This document shows, in pieces, positions 1-8,818 of a stretch of DNA of 35,470 nt. Position 1 is the stretch's first letter; every line of letters begins with the position of its first letter. The notes beneath the pieces were generated by a model, which was given only the letters and a program-made list of their open reading frames with translations, made no database searches and was not told the DNA's origin. This DNA is from an uncultured virus (IMG/VR IMGVR_UViG_3300028678_000003) (lineage: Duplodnaviria > Heunggongvirae > Uroviricota > Caudoviricetes), in the IMG/VR virus record IMGVR_UViG_3300028678_000003. One strand, written 5' to 3'. The translations under genes were made by a program, and so were the position numbers.

Positions 1-259
1 TACCGTCAGCCCAACCTTGTTCTTCTTCGCTGATAGGTAGTGGACGCCATTCTTTGCGTGCCCCTTTGCTGATGAGCTTGTTAAAATCTTGTTGGCTTTT
101 GGTGTATTTCAAATCGCCGTAATATTTGAGCGTCGTGCCATTTATTTCGATGTAGTAAAAGTACTCGCTTTTAGCCGTATCAAAATCTCCAGCTTTATTG
201 ATGCTTGTTGTGATTTCTGTGATAACCGTGTTATCTGTGTCATGCATTTGGAGTTTCAT
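1..259 (-). CDS. hypothetical protein, partial (runs off left edge)
   Basis: Hand translation from ATG at 259: MKLQMHDTDNTVITEITTSINKAGDFDTAKSEYFYYIEING..., open to position 1. Same strand as neighbours; absent from the ORF track. Confidence 0.7.
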   Translation of the reverse strand, partial: MKLQMHDTDNTVITEITTSINKAGDFDTAKSEYFYYIEINGTTLKYYGDLKYTKSQQDFNKLISKGARKEWRPLPISEEEQGWADG

Positions 260-287
260 AATGTTGTATTTATTTGGGTTTATATTA

Positions 288-497
288 TTAAGCAGGAAAT
301 TCGTCGTAAGTTTGTTGCCATAATTCAAGGTACAATTCGTCCAAATCATAATCTTCAGAACGGTCTTGGGCCAGTTCGTTCATGATATCAGCCACTTTAG
401 CTTCGTCTGACAGAAAGTCGTTTACTTCATCTTCCTTCATGGGCTTGAATTTCAGCAGCCCGTTTAATGCTATTGTTGAAAGTTTGATTTTACACAT
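288..497 (-). CDS. small hypothetical protein
   Basis: 69 aa ORF with an acidic C-terminus, co-oriented and closely packed. Confidence 0.65.
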   Translation of the reverse strand: MCKIKLSTIALNGLLKFKPMKEDEVNDFLSDEAKVADIMNELAQDRSEDYDLDELYLELWQQTYDEFPA

Positions 498-518
498 GAT
501 GGTAAATTTATGGGGTGA

Positions 519-791
519 TTAAATACAGTTAGTTAGTGTCAAAAATGAATGCATTTCAGCGTCGTCCGTATTTACATTATTAACGCCTATTACTCCGCTT
601 TCTGCGAAAATTGTAGCCACTTTGGTGATGTGGGTATTTTTAAACTCGGTAGTACCCGCGCCCGCTTTCCAAACCTTTACTAAATTTTCCGCTTTTATTA
701 CTGTTACGCTAGTTCCGTTTAATGTATATTTGCAAGAATATTTGTCTGCGTAAGTGACTTTTACTTCTAATTTAATTCTGATAGTTGCCAT
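519..791 (-). CDS. hypothetical protein (probably early gene)
   Basis: 90 aa ORF starting about 30 nt downstream of the promoter-like element at 822-893. Confidence 0.7.
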   Translation of the reverse strand: MATIRIKLEVKVTYADKYSCKYTLNGTSVTVIKAENLVKVWKAGAGTTEFKNTHITKVATIFAESGVIGVNNVNTDDAEMHSFLTLTNCI

Positions 792-821
792 AATATTGAG
801 GTGTTATTTATTAGTTATGGG

Positions 822-893
822 TAAAACTACTAATAAAACAAACACGAACCTAATATTTCAGCATTTATTTTTGGGTTGAACCAAAGATTTAAC
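822..893 (-). promoter_or_regulatory. Bacteroidota-type promoter with conserved upstream block (copy 1)
   Basis: Minus strand reads TTAG-N20-TAGTTTTA, a variant of TTTG-N19-21-TAnnTTTG. Positions 846-893 match 23828-23875 at 39/48 without gaps. Confidence 0.65.
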
Positions 894-945
894 GTTTGCC
901 CAATGTTTTATTGGTCATTTTAATACTTTTTAAATCTCTGGGCAC

Positions 946-984
946 AAAAAAAGAGGCAAACCGTTTCGCAACGCCCTACCTCTT
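946..984 (-). terminator. probable intrinsic terminator
   Basis: Minus strand AAGAGG...CGTT-GCGA-AACG...CCTCTT followed by a T-run, downstream of the small-gene run. Confidence 0.55.
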
Positions 985-1036
985 ATAAATTAATGCGAGC
1001 CGTAATTCACCAACCCGCTTTTAAAACCAAATGAAA

Positions 1037-1228
1037 TTAAACAATAACATATAGAGTTTGCTCCCCATACGGGCATCGAACCCGCTCAATCCTTACATTG
1101 GACTGCCGATATGCTTTACACGAGATGCACCCCGCAGCTTGTTTATCTGGTCCCAGATTATGCACCCATACACCAATGGGGAGTTTCATTGACGGATAAT
1201 TTCGCTTTAATATACCGTCATCAAGCAT
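1037..1228 (-). CDS. hypothetical protein with CxxC motif
   Basis: 63 aa ORF containing CISC and a further Cys; start uncertain. Confidence 0.4.
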   Translation of the reverse strand: MLDDGILKRNYPSMKLPIGVWVHNLGPDKQAAGCISCKAYRQSNVRIERVRCPYGEQTLYVIV

Positions 1229-1351
1229 TTCAAAAGCACATGTGTCAAATACCTAATACTTACACAAAGCATTATACTCACTAACAAAAACAAACCACCG
1301 TTCTCATTATGCCTTTGCAGTTATCCAATTTGCTCCACATGCGCTGATATC

Positions 1352-1717
1352 TTAAATTTCTTTGTTTGACAACATCTTGTTAAACTCAGCAGCTTGTTCT
1401 GTTATGGAGGCAAGCTCTTCCGGAGTAGTATCTTGAGCTTTGATAAGTTCGAACGTTACGTCGTTTAATACGCGGCTCGTACAAAATACTACGTTGTATT
1501 GCTTTTTTAATTCTTCTGTCACTCGACTGCTCGCCATAGAAGCACATTGCGCCATAGACATTGTATCTGGTGTGTAGACTACCAATATATCTTTTGGCTT
1601 AGCTTCCAACGCGTCTTGCAGTTCGTTTACGCGATTCACTAACTTATTTATTTTATTCTCCATCAGCAGAATCAAACGTTCGCCTGAAGCTACTTCTAAT
1701 TTTTCAATCTTGTCCAT
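1352..1717 (-). CDS. hypothetical protein, N-terminal coiled coil
   Basis: 121 aa ORF starting 1 nt from the stop of the upstream gene. Confidence 0.75.
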   Translation of the reverse strand: MDKIEKLEVASGERLILLMENKINKLVNRVNELQDALEAKPKDILVVYTPDTMSMAQCASMASSRVTEELKKQYNVVFCTSRVLNDVTFELIKAQDTTPEELASITEQAAEFNKMLSNKEI

Positions 1718-1718
1718 T

Positions 1719-2051
1719 TTAGCACTTTTTTAGATTTTTAGCTTCTTGATACGTGTGACTTTTTTGATATAAAGTCTCCAACTCAAATTTACCGAGTATG
1801 TTTCTTGAATCAATATTTATGACTTTGTACGGTTCGTCGCGATATCGAATCGGGTTGCCTAATAAGTCCCATTGACAAGCGATCAATGCTTCATCTCCGA
1901 CGGCTATGTCTTCTTTATCCATTGACAACTTCAAATAGTTTATCACCGCAACTATGTCATTAACCTTATGGACGATCTCATTAACTTTGCCCTGAATATC
2001 ATCAGGACATAAACAACCTTCTTGAATGTTCATTTCTTCAATTTTGTCCAT
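1719..2051 (-). CDS. hypothetical protein
   Basis: Track gives 1719..2078. ATG 2051 (MDKIEE) abuts the upstream stop at 2053 and matches the neighbour's N-terminus. Confidence 0.7.
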   Translation of the reverse strand: MDKIEEMNIQEGCLCPDDIQGKVNEIVHKVNDIVAVINYLKLSMDKEDIAVGDEALIACQWDLLGNPIRYRDEPYKVINIDSRNILGKFELETLYQKSHTYQEAKNLKKC

Positions 2052-2052
2052 A

Positions 2053-2295
2053 TTACCGCTTATTAGCTTTCTCCACAAATTCGAAGCTCACCGTCTTACC
2101 GTTACTGAGTGTGTACGTACTTGTCAATAAACTGTAATCGAGCACGACTGCAGCTTCCCCGCGTACTACTACGCACGTACCAATTTGTTCTTTAGCTTTG
2201 CTGTTCATCTCGGCTAATTTCCAAAGACCCAAATTAACCACTACGATTAATACAACTAGCCAAATACCTGTGATGATAACGATTTTTCTTTTCAT
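2053..2295 (-). CDS. small membrane-anchored protein
   Basis: MKRK followed by hydrophobic IVIITGIWLVVLIVVVNLGLW. ATG 2295 preferred over 2328. Confidence 0.7.
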   Translation of the reverse strand: MKRKIVIITGIWLVVLIVVVNLGLWKLAEMNSKAKEQIGTCVVVRGEAAVVLDYSLLTSTYTLSNGKTVSFEFVEKANKR

Positions 2296-2434
2296 ACTAT
2301 CTATTTTGTTAATACTGTTTTCTGCCAATCTGGATTATAATCTAAACTCATACTATTTCTTTTTAAATTGGAATATGCGCTTTTCAAAGTTGTAAGTTGC
2401 CCCGAGGAGTTGTTTCTTTTTCATGTCAAGTTAT

Positions 2435-2653
2435 TTATAGTTCCAAAACCCAGCACAAAGAGCCGTCCATTTTACGACCTTTGACAAATGTAACCGTAAC
2501 ATTTTGCTCTACCAGCTGTTCCAAAGTAAGTTCCGGATCGCCAATTCTTGGTTGCTCTGCAGTTCCTAACATTACCATAACCCAAGGAATGTCTTTTGAA
2601 TTGGGGTCGGGCAAGCGACTATACGCGCCCTTTATTTTATCTAATAGATTCAT
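2435..2653 (-). CDS. hypothetical protein
   Basis: 72 aa ORF with an ATGA overlap with the upstream gene. Confidence 0.7.
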   Translation of the reverse strand: MNLLDKIKGAYSRLPDPNSKDIPWVMVMLGTAEQPRIGDPELTLEQLVEQNVTVTFVKGRKMDGSLCWVLEL

Positions 2654-2961
2654 ACTATCTGTCGTTTAAAGTAAACTTCTATGTAAAATTTCCCATGATA
2701 AGCGTGAATAAGCTCCCAACCCTCATCGCTTAATTTTTTCAATTCATCCAAATCCATCATATCCCAACGATGTTTTTGAAATTCAAACTTGGGAAGTTCG
2801 GTTGTCAAATTTTGACATTCTTGCTCCAATGACCATAATACAAGATCAGCTGCATCTCTAGTAGCTCTACTCCCGCTTTCGGCGTGGAATATTTCAAACG
2901 GGCTTTCGCATTCAACTGTCCAGCCGTTATCTATTAACAATCTTTCGTCTTTGTCTGTCAT
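2650..2961 (-). CDS. hypothetical protein with DUF4177-like C-terminus
   Basis: LDELKKLSDEGWELI...YFKRQ resembles the DUF4177 pattern. ATG 2961 preferred over GTG 3042. Confidence 0.55.
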   Translation of the reverse strand: MTDKDERLLIDNGWTVECESPFEIFHAESGSRATRDAADLVLWSLEQECQNLTTELPKFEFQKHRWDMMDLDELKKLSDEGWELIHAYHGKFYIEVYFKRQIV

Positions 2962-3178
2962 ACTATTTGTTGTTTTATTTTGTTGCAAAATTATCGTCTT
3001 TCCGATACGCCAACCATACTGCGTAATTCTGAGGTCTTTCACTCATGGGTCGCATTTCCGGATTTCTTTTTAGTTTAAGCAAAACATAAAATTCCAATCC
3101 CCGTACTTAATTCCTTGGTAAATTGTCAATCTTTCTATCTTGAAAGGATATATGGAATCGTTGCGGATAAATTGCATA

Positions 3179-4426
3179 TTATTTATTCTTTTTGAGCACC
3201 GCTCCTGTGAAATAATCCTTTTTGGTTTTCTGAGTTGTAATAACTTTGGTCTGCGATTTTAGTAGTTCGTCGTGCTGTCTACCCTGCCCTCTAGCAATTG
3301 GAGTTTCGTCAGCGGTAGTTTCCCTCCTCTTTAATTGTTCCTCTGCAGCAAAGGCAGCAGCGCGCTTTTCCAACTCAACCTTTTGGGCTTGTATCTTGGC
3401 TAGGAATATGTTTCTTATGCTTTCGCCCTTTTCTTTTTCAACGTCGGTTACGTCTTCCGCCTCAATATCCTCAATGTCGTCTTTAGCATTCTTTTGTATT
3501 ACATTGAAGTCATAATTCTCTTGGCTTGGGTAACTCATTTCCGCTTCTGGGTCAAAGTCCCCACTCACATTTACAAACTTAGCATAATAGCTATTGTGCA
3601 ACCCCGCTACTAATTTCTTCAAGTCCCAATTCATACGAGCTGCAACGCGCCCCAATATGATTTCTTTCAAGTTGATTGTTTTGAGGATTTCCTTTTGGAT
3701 ATGGTTTTGTATTTCAACTTCTATATTAATGTCCAAAACCCCATTGATGTTTAATATGTCCCCCTCTGACTCTTTCCTGATTTGCTCCAATACCCGTAAC
3801 ATTGCATTGAAAGCATCCATTGTATTGAGGCTTGTGTATCTCGTTCTCATTTGGGAATACATCCAAGCCAATTCGTCCAGCCTTGGGCGCTTATTGTACA
3901 ACCTGACATCTACCACTTTGTTCCGGAACTCTTCCCGTTGCCGCTCAATATTGACTATATTCTTTTTCAGCACCCGCCTTACATCTCCCTCGTCCATAGC
4001 AATCCCATTATCCTCCCCCATAATACGAACTACTTCCGGAACCGTAAACATCTTACCCAATAGCTCTGTTACATCATCCTCAAACGGGATACTAGCTATA
4101 CGGTTTTTCTTATCCATTCCAGCGTACCGTCCTTTCCGATTATAGGCCATAGCCTTTGCGGTATTTGCTTTGGCATTCAAACTATTCCACTTACTCTTTA
4201 TCTCCAAAAGGTATTCCTGTTCTTTGGGGCTCAAGTGTTCAATACATTTCTTGAGCCTATGGGGAAGCATAGCTATATTAATATCCTCCCCTGTAGAGAC
4301 GGGGATATGCGTCTGTGTTAGAACTTTATTTTGTTTATACGCTACCCACTTCAAATACTCCTTGGGATTTGTTACGTCCTCAGGGATATTAATTATTTTT
4401 CTTTCATCAAAATCTTCTTCGCTCAT
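3179..4426 (-). CDS. large helical protein, candidate terminase small subunit (DUF2280-like segment)
   Basis: 415 aa. REEFRNKVVDVRLYNKRPRLDEL...VLEQIRKE resembles the DUF2280 pattern IPIANKAYRLRxL...LLEQAAKE, preceded by an HTH-like segment. Confidence 0.45.
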   Translation of the reverse strand: MSEEDFDERKIINIPEDVTNPKEYLKWVAYKQNKVLTQTHIPVSTGEDINIAMLPHRLKKCIEHLSPKEQEYLLEIKSKWNSLNAKANTAKAMAYNRKGRYAGMDKKNRIASIPFEDDVTELLGKMFTVPEVVRIMGEDNGIAMDEGDVRRVLKKNIVNIERQREEFRNKVVDVRLYNKRPRLDELAWMYSQMRTRYTSLNTMDAFNAMLRVLEQIRKESEGDILNINGVLDINIEVEIQNHIQKEILKTINLKEIILGRVAARMNWDLKKLVAGLHNSYYAKFVNVSGDFDPEAEMSYPSQENYDFNVIQKNAKDDIEDIEAEDVTDVEKEKGESIRNIFLAKIQAQKVELEKRAAAFAAEEQLKRRETTADETPIARGQGRQHDELLKSQTKVITTQKTKKDYFTGAVLKKNK

Positions 4427-4437
4427 TACGTTGCTTT

Positions 4438-4746
4438 TTATTTCTTTTGACTTTTTATAATTGCTTCACTTTTATTCTTTGCGTTTCTTTTGCGTTTCTT
4501 ATCATCCTGAAAGCACAAACGGTCTACATATAAAATGCAAACCGTCTCGTCAATCTTTATGTCAGGTTCTACTACTTTAACAACCTTATACCTTCCTGAC
4601 GACTCCAATGCTTTCTCCACTATCCTTCGCTTTAATAAGCGGGTCAATAGTACCCTACATTTATTCGGTTCGTACCTTACTACTTTTGTCGGATACTTTT
4701 CAACCGCTTTTATTATTTCCCTGAGTTCTTTCTCTAATAAGTCCAT
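4438..4746 (-). CDS. basic hypothetical protein
   Basis: 102 aa Lys-rich ORF, closely packed. Confidence 0.7.
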   Translation of the reverse strand: MDLLEKELREIIKAVEKYPTKVVRYEPNKCRVLLTRLLKRRIVEKALESSGRYKVVKVVEPDIKIDETVCILYVDRLCFQDDKKRKRNAKNKSEAIIKSQKK

Positions 4747-4907
4747 AACAATATATATACGGCTACCGCCAAAGCCGCTGAAAATACAGACAAAAATACG
4801 TTCGTTCTGAATTTACCCCACTTTACTTTTTTCATCAACTGAAATGTCAAAGTGTACACGACCAAATACGCTATAAAGTCCAAAGCCATAAATGCTAATA
4901 TTTTCAT
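4734..4907 (-). CDS. 57 aa protein with two transmembrane helices (not in ORF track)
   Basis: MKILAFMALDFIAYLVVYTLTFQLMKKVKWGKFRTNVFLSVFSAALAVAVYILLWTY. ATGA overlap with the upstream stop; fills the apparent gap completely. Confidence 0.7.
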   Translation of the reverse strand: MKILAFMALDFIAYLVVYTLTFQLMKKVKWGKFRTNVFLSVFSAALAVAVYILLWTY

Positions 4908-5197
4908 ACTGTTTTATTTTTGTCGGCAATAATCATTTTTACTCCCCCACTGACATTCTTCAAATCTCCCAATATAAACGATAGCCCGCGGTCTAAATAT
5001 TGCTTGCGTTGCTTTAAATCTTTTAATGTCTTTTGGCAATTTTTTATACCTGATTTATAAACTAATCCCGTTTTATCTTGCATTGCTTCATACCATGCTA
5101 AACTAGATTTGTAAGTTTCAATGCTTTGACTATTACCCGTTATCAACGCTATTTGAGCTTGTAGTTGAACTGCGCGCTTCTTTGTTAAGATTTTCAT
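4904..5197 (-). CDS. hypothetical protein
   Basis: 97 aa ORF with ATGA overlaps at both ends. Confidence 0.7.
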   Translation of the reverse strand: MKILTKKRAVQLQAQIALITGNSQSIETYKSSLAWYEAMQDKTGLVYKSGIKNCQKTLKDLKQRKQYLDRGLSFILGDLKNVSGGVKMIIADKNKTV

Positions 5198-5736
5198 ACG
5201 GGTATCAAATTTATTCCCGCTCTTAATGCACTTAATACTCCAGCTATGTCTAGCACAACCTGCGGCAAAACAAAGAACAATTTCAAAGCGGCTTGCAATA
5301 AATCAATCAACACTTTAGACACTGAATCCAACATTGTAAGCAATGTATTCTTCTTTATCTTACTTTCTAATAGAATAGACGCTGGGTTTGGAGCAGCCGT
5401 CCCTATAACGGTTGGAACTAATATAGAAGCGACGGTTGTTTGTAACCCCTCTTGAATTTGTTTAACCCCGCTAACCACATTCTTGTACGCTACTTTTATT
5501 TCTATTATTTTATCATCCACAAACGAACGCCCTGCGTTATGAAAATAATCTACCAATTCTTTTGTTAACGTATCACGTTGTTCTTTTGTTTTGCACTGTT
5601 CGAACATCGGTTTATAATCGGGAATCAGCCCAACCATATTGTTAACGATAGAATCAAAATCTAATCCTGGTAATGTTATCGAACTGTCGGAACTCAAAGC
5701 GGTTACTGCCGCTTGCATATCTGCTATTGTTGCCAT
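5194..5736 (-). CDS. helical hypothetical protein with hydrophobic C-terminus
   Basis: 180 aa ORF, tightly packed. Confidence 0.75.
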   Translation of the reverse strand: MATIADMQAAVTALSSDSSITLPGLDFDSIVNNMVGLIPDYKPMFEQCKTKEQRDTLTKELVDYFHNAGRSFVDDKIIEIKVAYKNVVSGVKQIQEGLQTTVASILVPTVIGTAAPNPASILLESKIKKNTLLTMLDSVSKVLIDLLQAALKLFFVLPQVVLDIAGVLSALRAGINLIPV

Positions 5737-5737
5737 A

Positions 5738-6073
5738 TTACTTTTGTGTCGCTGATATTATTACTAATTTTTCTACGGGAACATTCATACGCAAAGCAAT
5801 TTCTTCCAAAGTGAATGTTGATATGCCCGATTCTGTTTGAAAATCTTTTCCCGATTCGTCCAAATAAATATCAAACGTATTATACATTGGTGCTCTTTGT
5901 ATAAGAGCCGTATATCTACCTTGGTTATCTTCTTTTAGCTCTACATCAAAAACTTCATTGTCTTTATCCCCAAAAGCCAAACTTCCAATAGTTTCGAATA
6001 TTTTGTAATGTTTCAATACCTTACCCATTGATACGAGAACTAATTTGTCCCCCGCTTTTAATTGCTTAGTCAT
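5738..6073 (-). CDS. hypothetical protein
   Basis: 111 aa ORF overlapping the upstream gene by 8 nt. Confidence 0.7.
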   Translation of the reverse strand: MTKQLKAGDKLVLVSMGKVLKHYKIFETIGSLAFGDKDNEVFDVELKEDNQGRYTALIQRAPMYNTFDIYLDESGKDFQTESGISTFTLEEIALRMNVPVEKLVIISATQK

Positions 6074-6443
6074 TGTATTGTGCCTCCAAATTTCTTTTAT
6101 AAAGTTCTAATTCTTGAGAAATTTTTTCATCTATTGGAGTCGGTGTGTAAACATCAACCCAATTTGCCTTTTCTTTAGGTTCGTTGCAAGCGTACTGCTC
6201 CAGTGGCATCTCATATTCGACAACTTCCCAAGGATATTTGTTCATAAAGTTATCAAACACTTCAATCAATACCCGTAATTTTAAAGTGTCTATCAAATTC
6301 AAAGAACGATAGCATATTTCAGCCCAATGAGAAATACTCAAAGAATCACGCACTATACCGTTATTCCAATTCTGAGCATAAATGTCCTTGCCGTTTTCAT
6401 CTACGGATTTCAATAAATAAAAATTTCCCTTTGGAGTTTCCAT
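6066..6443 (-). CDS. hypothetical protein
   Basis: 125 aa ORF, tightly packed. Confidence 0.7.
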   Translation of the reverse strand: METPKGNFYLLKSVDENGKDIYAQNWNNGIVRDSLSISHWAEICYRSLNLIDTLKLRVLIEVFDNFMNKYPWEVVEYEMPLEQYACNEPKEKANWVDVYTPTPIDEKISQELELYKRNLEAQYND

Positions 6444-6444
6444 A

Positions 6445-7002
6445 TTATATTTTTGGTTTTATTATTAGTTTACCTTTTGGATAAGCAGTTGTGCGTTCTA
6501 GTCTATTTTTCTCTGATACTAGGAAGGCATACGGTTTATCGTTCATATTTGGTAACGTTGTTTCAATATTCCCTTCTTTTAATACCAATCTCCAACCCTC
6601 AACTTTCGGTTTAACGTACTTGGTTTTTGATTCTGTTATGCCATATTTCATATGTAACCCAAACGCCCTCTTTTCTTCATACGTCGGTTCGATTACTGTT
6701 CGCTGCCATTCTTCAAGAGCTTCTTCATTTTTTTCGAAAAACCCTTTTGGCATTAAATCTGATTCACACACAACTTTTTCAGGGCAGATAAATTTCTCAA
6801 GTGCTTGCTGAACAGTCTCGTCAATTTCCGGAGTACAAATTTCCCCGTCTGAATTAGCCGATCCGAATATTTGGTCATGCCAACGTTCAAGGGCATCTTC
6901 ATAAGATTCTTCTCCTCCCTCTATTTTCCACCCACTTTCTTCACCTGCATCAAATTTACTCATATAGTCAAACCCGTAATCTTCAGGTCTTGGTTTATTC
7001 AT
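6445..7002 (-). CDS. acidic hypothetical protein
   Basis: 185 aa ORF with two similar E(D/E)ALE(R/E)W segments. Confidence 0.75.
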   Translation of the reverse strand: MNKPRPEDYGFDYMSKFDAGEESGWKIEGGEESYEDALERWHDQIFGSANSDGEICTPEIDETVQQALEKFICPEKVVCESDLMPKGFFEKNEEALEEWQRTVIEPTYEEKRAFGLHMKYGITESKTKYVKPKVEGWRLVLKEGNIETTLPNMNDKPYAFLVSEKNRLERTTAYPKGKLIIKPKI

Positions 7003-7008
7003 AACGTT

Positions 7009-8496
7009 CTATTTTTGTATAATAACGTTGGATGTAATGTCGTCTAAAAACATACTTCCATTAACATAAATCAAATTCTCACGCGCTCTAGTAATCCCCA
7101 CATATTTAAGATTTTGCTCTTGTTCAAGTTGCCAAGGTAACGTTGCAAACTTCGACGGGATAAGCTCAGGGCAAAGAAAGAATATTGTATCATTCTCCAA
7201 ACCTTTTGCTTTATGGATAGTGCTTAGCAATATGCCTTTTACCTCATCTGAAAATATGTCCTCAATCAGCGCTGTCAATTGTTTCACGTTATCAACTTCT
7301 CCGCACAAATACCCAATAACTTCTATGCGTTGCATTAACGCTTCCATCTTTGGATGCATTAAAGGGTTTCGGAACCCCCGAGATTCAAGTTTTCTATACA
7401 ACTTATCTTGTTCAATATCCATCATCCTAAGCAATGCCCCGATGCTCTTAGCACCAGTTTTAGATATAAGAAGCAATATACCTTCACCGATATCTTTACC
7501 CCTCACCTTGCTCTTTATTTTGTTCTTCATCAACCAAAGATAAGTTTGTATCAACGGCTTCAAATTACGACAGAGTATCCAATCGCCATATTCTAATTCA
7601 GTAAGGCTTCCGTCACGAACCGAACCTTCTTTTGCATTCGGAGCCCAACTTATCTCTGGAACTATTTTTTGAGCTTCTTTAACCACATTTATAGCACAGC
7701 GGTATGAAACGGAAAGGGGGAGTTTGATAGCGGCACCGTTTAAAGCCGATAGTTTACTGTAGCTTCCTGCGTCTGCCCCCGCGAAGCCGTAAATTGCTTG
7801 ACGTTCATCTCCCACCGTTATCAATCTCCCCCTTCTATTTAAACAATTTTTTATAATAGCATGTTGAGCCAATGAGAAGTCTTGGCTTTCATCGCAAAAT
7901 ACATAATCAAATTTACGGAACCTCAATGTTGCGTCAACGGCTGGTTGATATATCATATCCATAAAATCGAATTGGTTCTTATCCTTATTCATTAATTCAA
8001 ATACTTCTATCGCTACGTTAACTTCAGTTTCGCCAACGTTCAGGTCATACTGTTCACATAATGCAGTTACAACTTCAATGTTACTTTCTACCAAGTTGCA
8101 ACGCATCAAATCAACAATCTTTGGTATTATATAAAAGTAATACCCCTTCTTGTTTTCACGTATTTCCTCAAATTTTTTAATTACCTTCTCAATCTTAGAT
8201 ATTGCTTTATTTGGGTTCATTTTCACTTTCCCCCCATATCTGGATAATATCATACGCCAACCGTAACTATGCAAGGTCATAATGTCAACATCTTTCCTTT
8301 CAGAACGCTCTTTTAATTCGTTTATGATTGAATTATTGAACGCTAAAAATATCGCAGACTTATGTTCAGGAACAAACTTTAACAATTCCAGCAGCACAGT
8401 GGTTTTACCCGAACCTGCAACTGCTGAAATGTTTATGTTAGCATCAGTGTCTTGGAATGCCTTATAAATTGTTATTTGATTTTTGCTCGGTGTCAT
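7009..8496 (-). CDS. UvrD/Rep-like superfamily 1 helicase
   Basis: Motifs AVAGSGKT, DESQD, GDERQAIYGFAGAD, LSVSYRC, STIHKAKGLE, YVGITRARE. Confidence 0.93.
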   Translation of the reverse strand: MTPSKNQITIYKAFQDTDANINISAVAGSGKTTVLLELLKFVPEHKSAIFLAFNNSIINELKERSERKDVDIMTLHSYGWRMILSRYGGKVKMNPNKAISKIEKVIKKFEEIRENKKGYYFYIIPKIVDLMRCNLVESNIEVVTALCEQYDLNVGETEVNVAIEVFELMNKDKNQFDFMDMIYQPAVDATLRFRKFDYVFCDESQDFSLAQHAIIKNCLNRRGRLITVGDERQAIYGFAGADAGSYSKLSALNGAAIKLPLSVSYRCAINVVKEAQKIVPEISWAPNAKEGSVRDGSLTELEYGDWILCRNLKPLIQTYLWLMKNKIKSKVRGKDIGEGILLLISKTGAKSIGALLRMMDIEQDKLYRKLESRGFRNPLMHPKMEALMQRIEVIGYLCGEVDNVKQLTALIEDIFSDEVKGILLSTIHKAKGLENDTIFFLCPELIPSKFATLPWQLEQEQNLKYVGITRARENLIYVNGSMFLDDITSNVIIQK

Positions 8497-8497
8497 A

Positions 8498-8818
8498 TTA
8501 AATTTTCGACGCGGACGACCATTTTACCCATTTAGTATTTTTAGAGAACTGCAACCTCATAACCGCGCTATCCGTAACTATTTGGTTTAAATTTGATAAG
8601 AAGTTAGTTAGATTTGGATTAATCGAATTTCTAACCAAAAATGAAGTAATGTCTATACCGTCAGCAACGCAATATTCAACCGATTCTACATTGTTTTGTG
8701 TTGATTCTGTAAACTTATGGCATAACAAATAAATGTATTCGTTATTGTTAAGTACTTGCGCTTGCAATACTACATAACCTTCATTTGTTAATCGATTTAT
8801 CGCTTCAATATTTTTCAT
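8498..8818 (-). CDS. hypothetical protein
   Basis: 106 aa ORF coupled to the upstream sigma-like gene by a 4-nt overlap. Confidence 0.7.
   Translation of the reverse strand: MKNIEAINRLTNEGYVVLQAQVLNNNEYIYLLCHKFTESTQNNVESVEYCVADGIDITSFLVRNSINPNLTNFLSNLNQIVTDSAVMRLQFSKNTKWVKWSSASKI

Noticed and set aside
2974..3177. Possible frameshifted small gene (35-codon ORF from ATG 3177 continuing in another frame)
   Set aside because: No recognisable product or homology evidence; could be chance in AT-rich DNA.
7000..7011. Possible TAG recoding or readthrough (the helicase TAG is in frame with the next ATG; an in-frame TAG at 1253-1255 precedes the 63-aa ORF)
   Set aside because: Long replication and structural genes are intact in the standard code and TAG ends genes at natural boundaries, so genome-wide recoding is unsupported.
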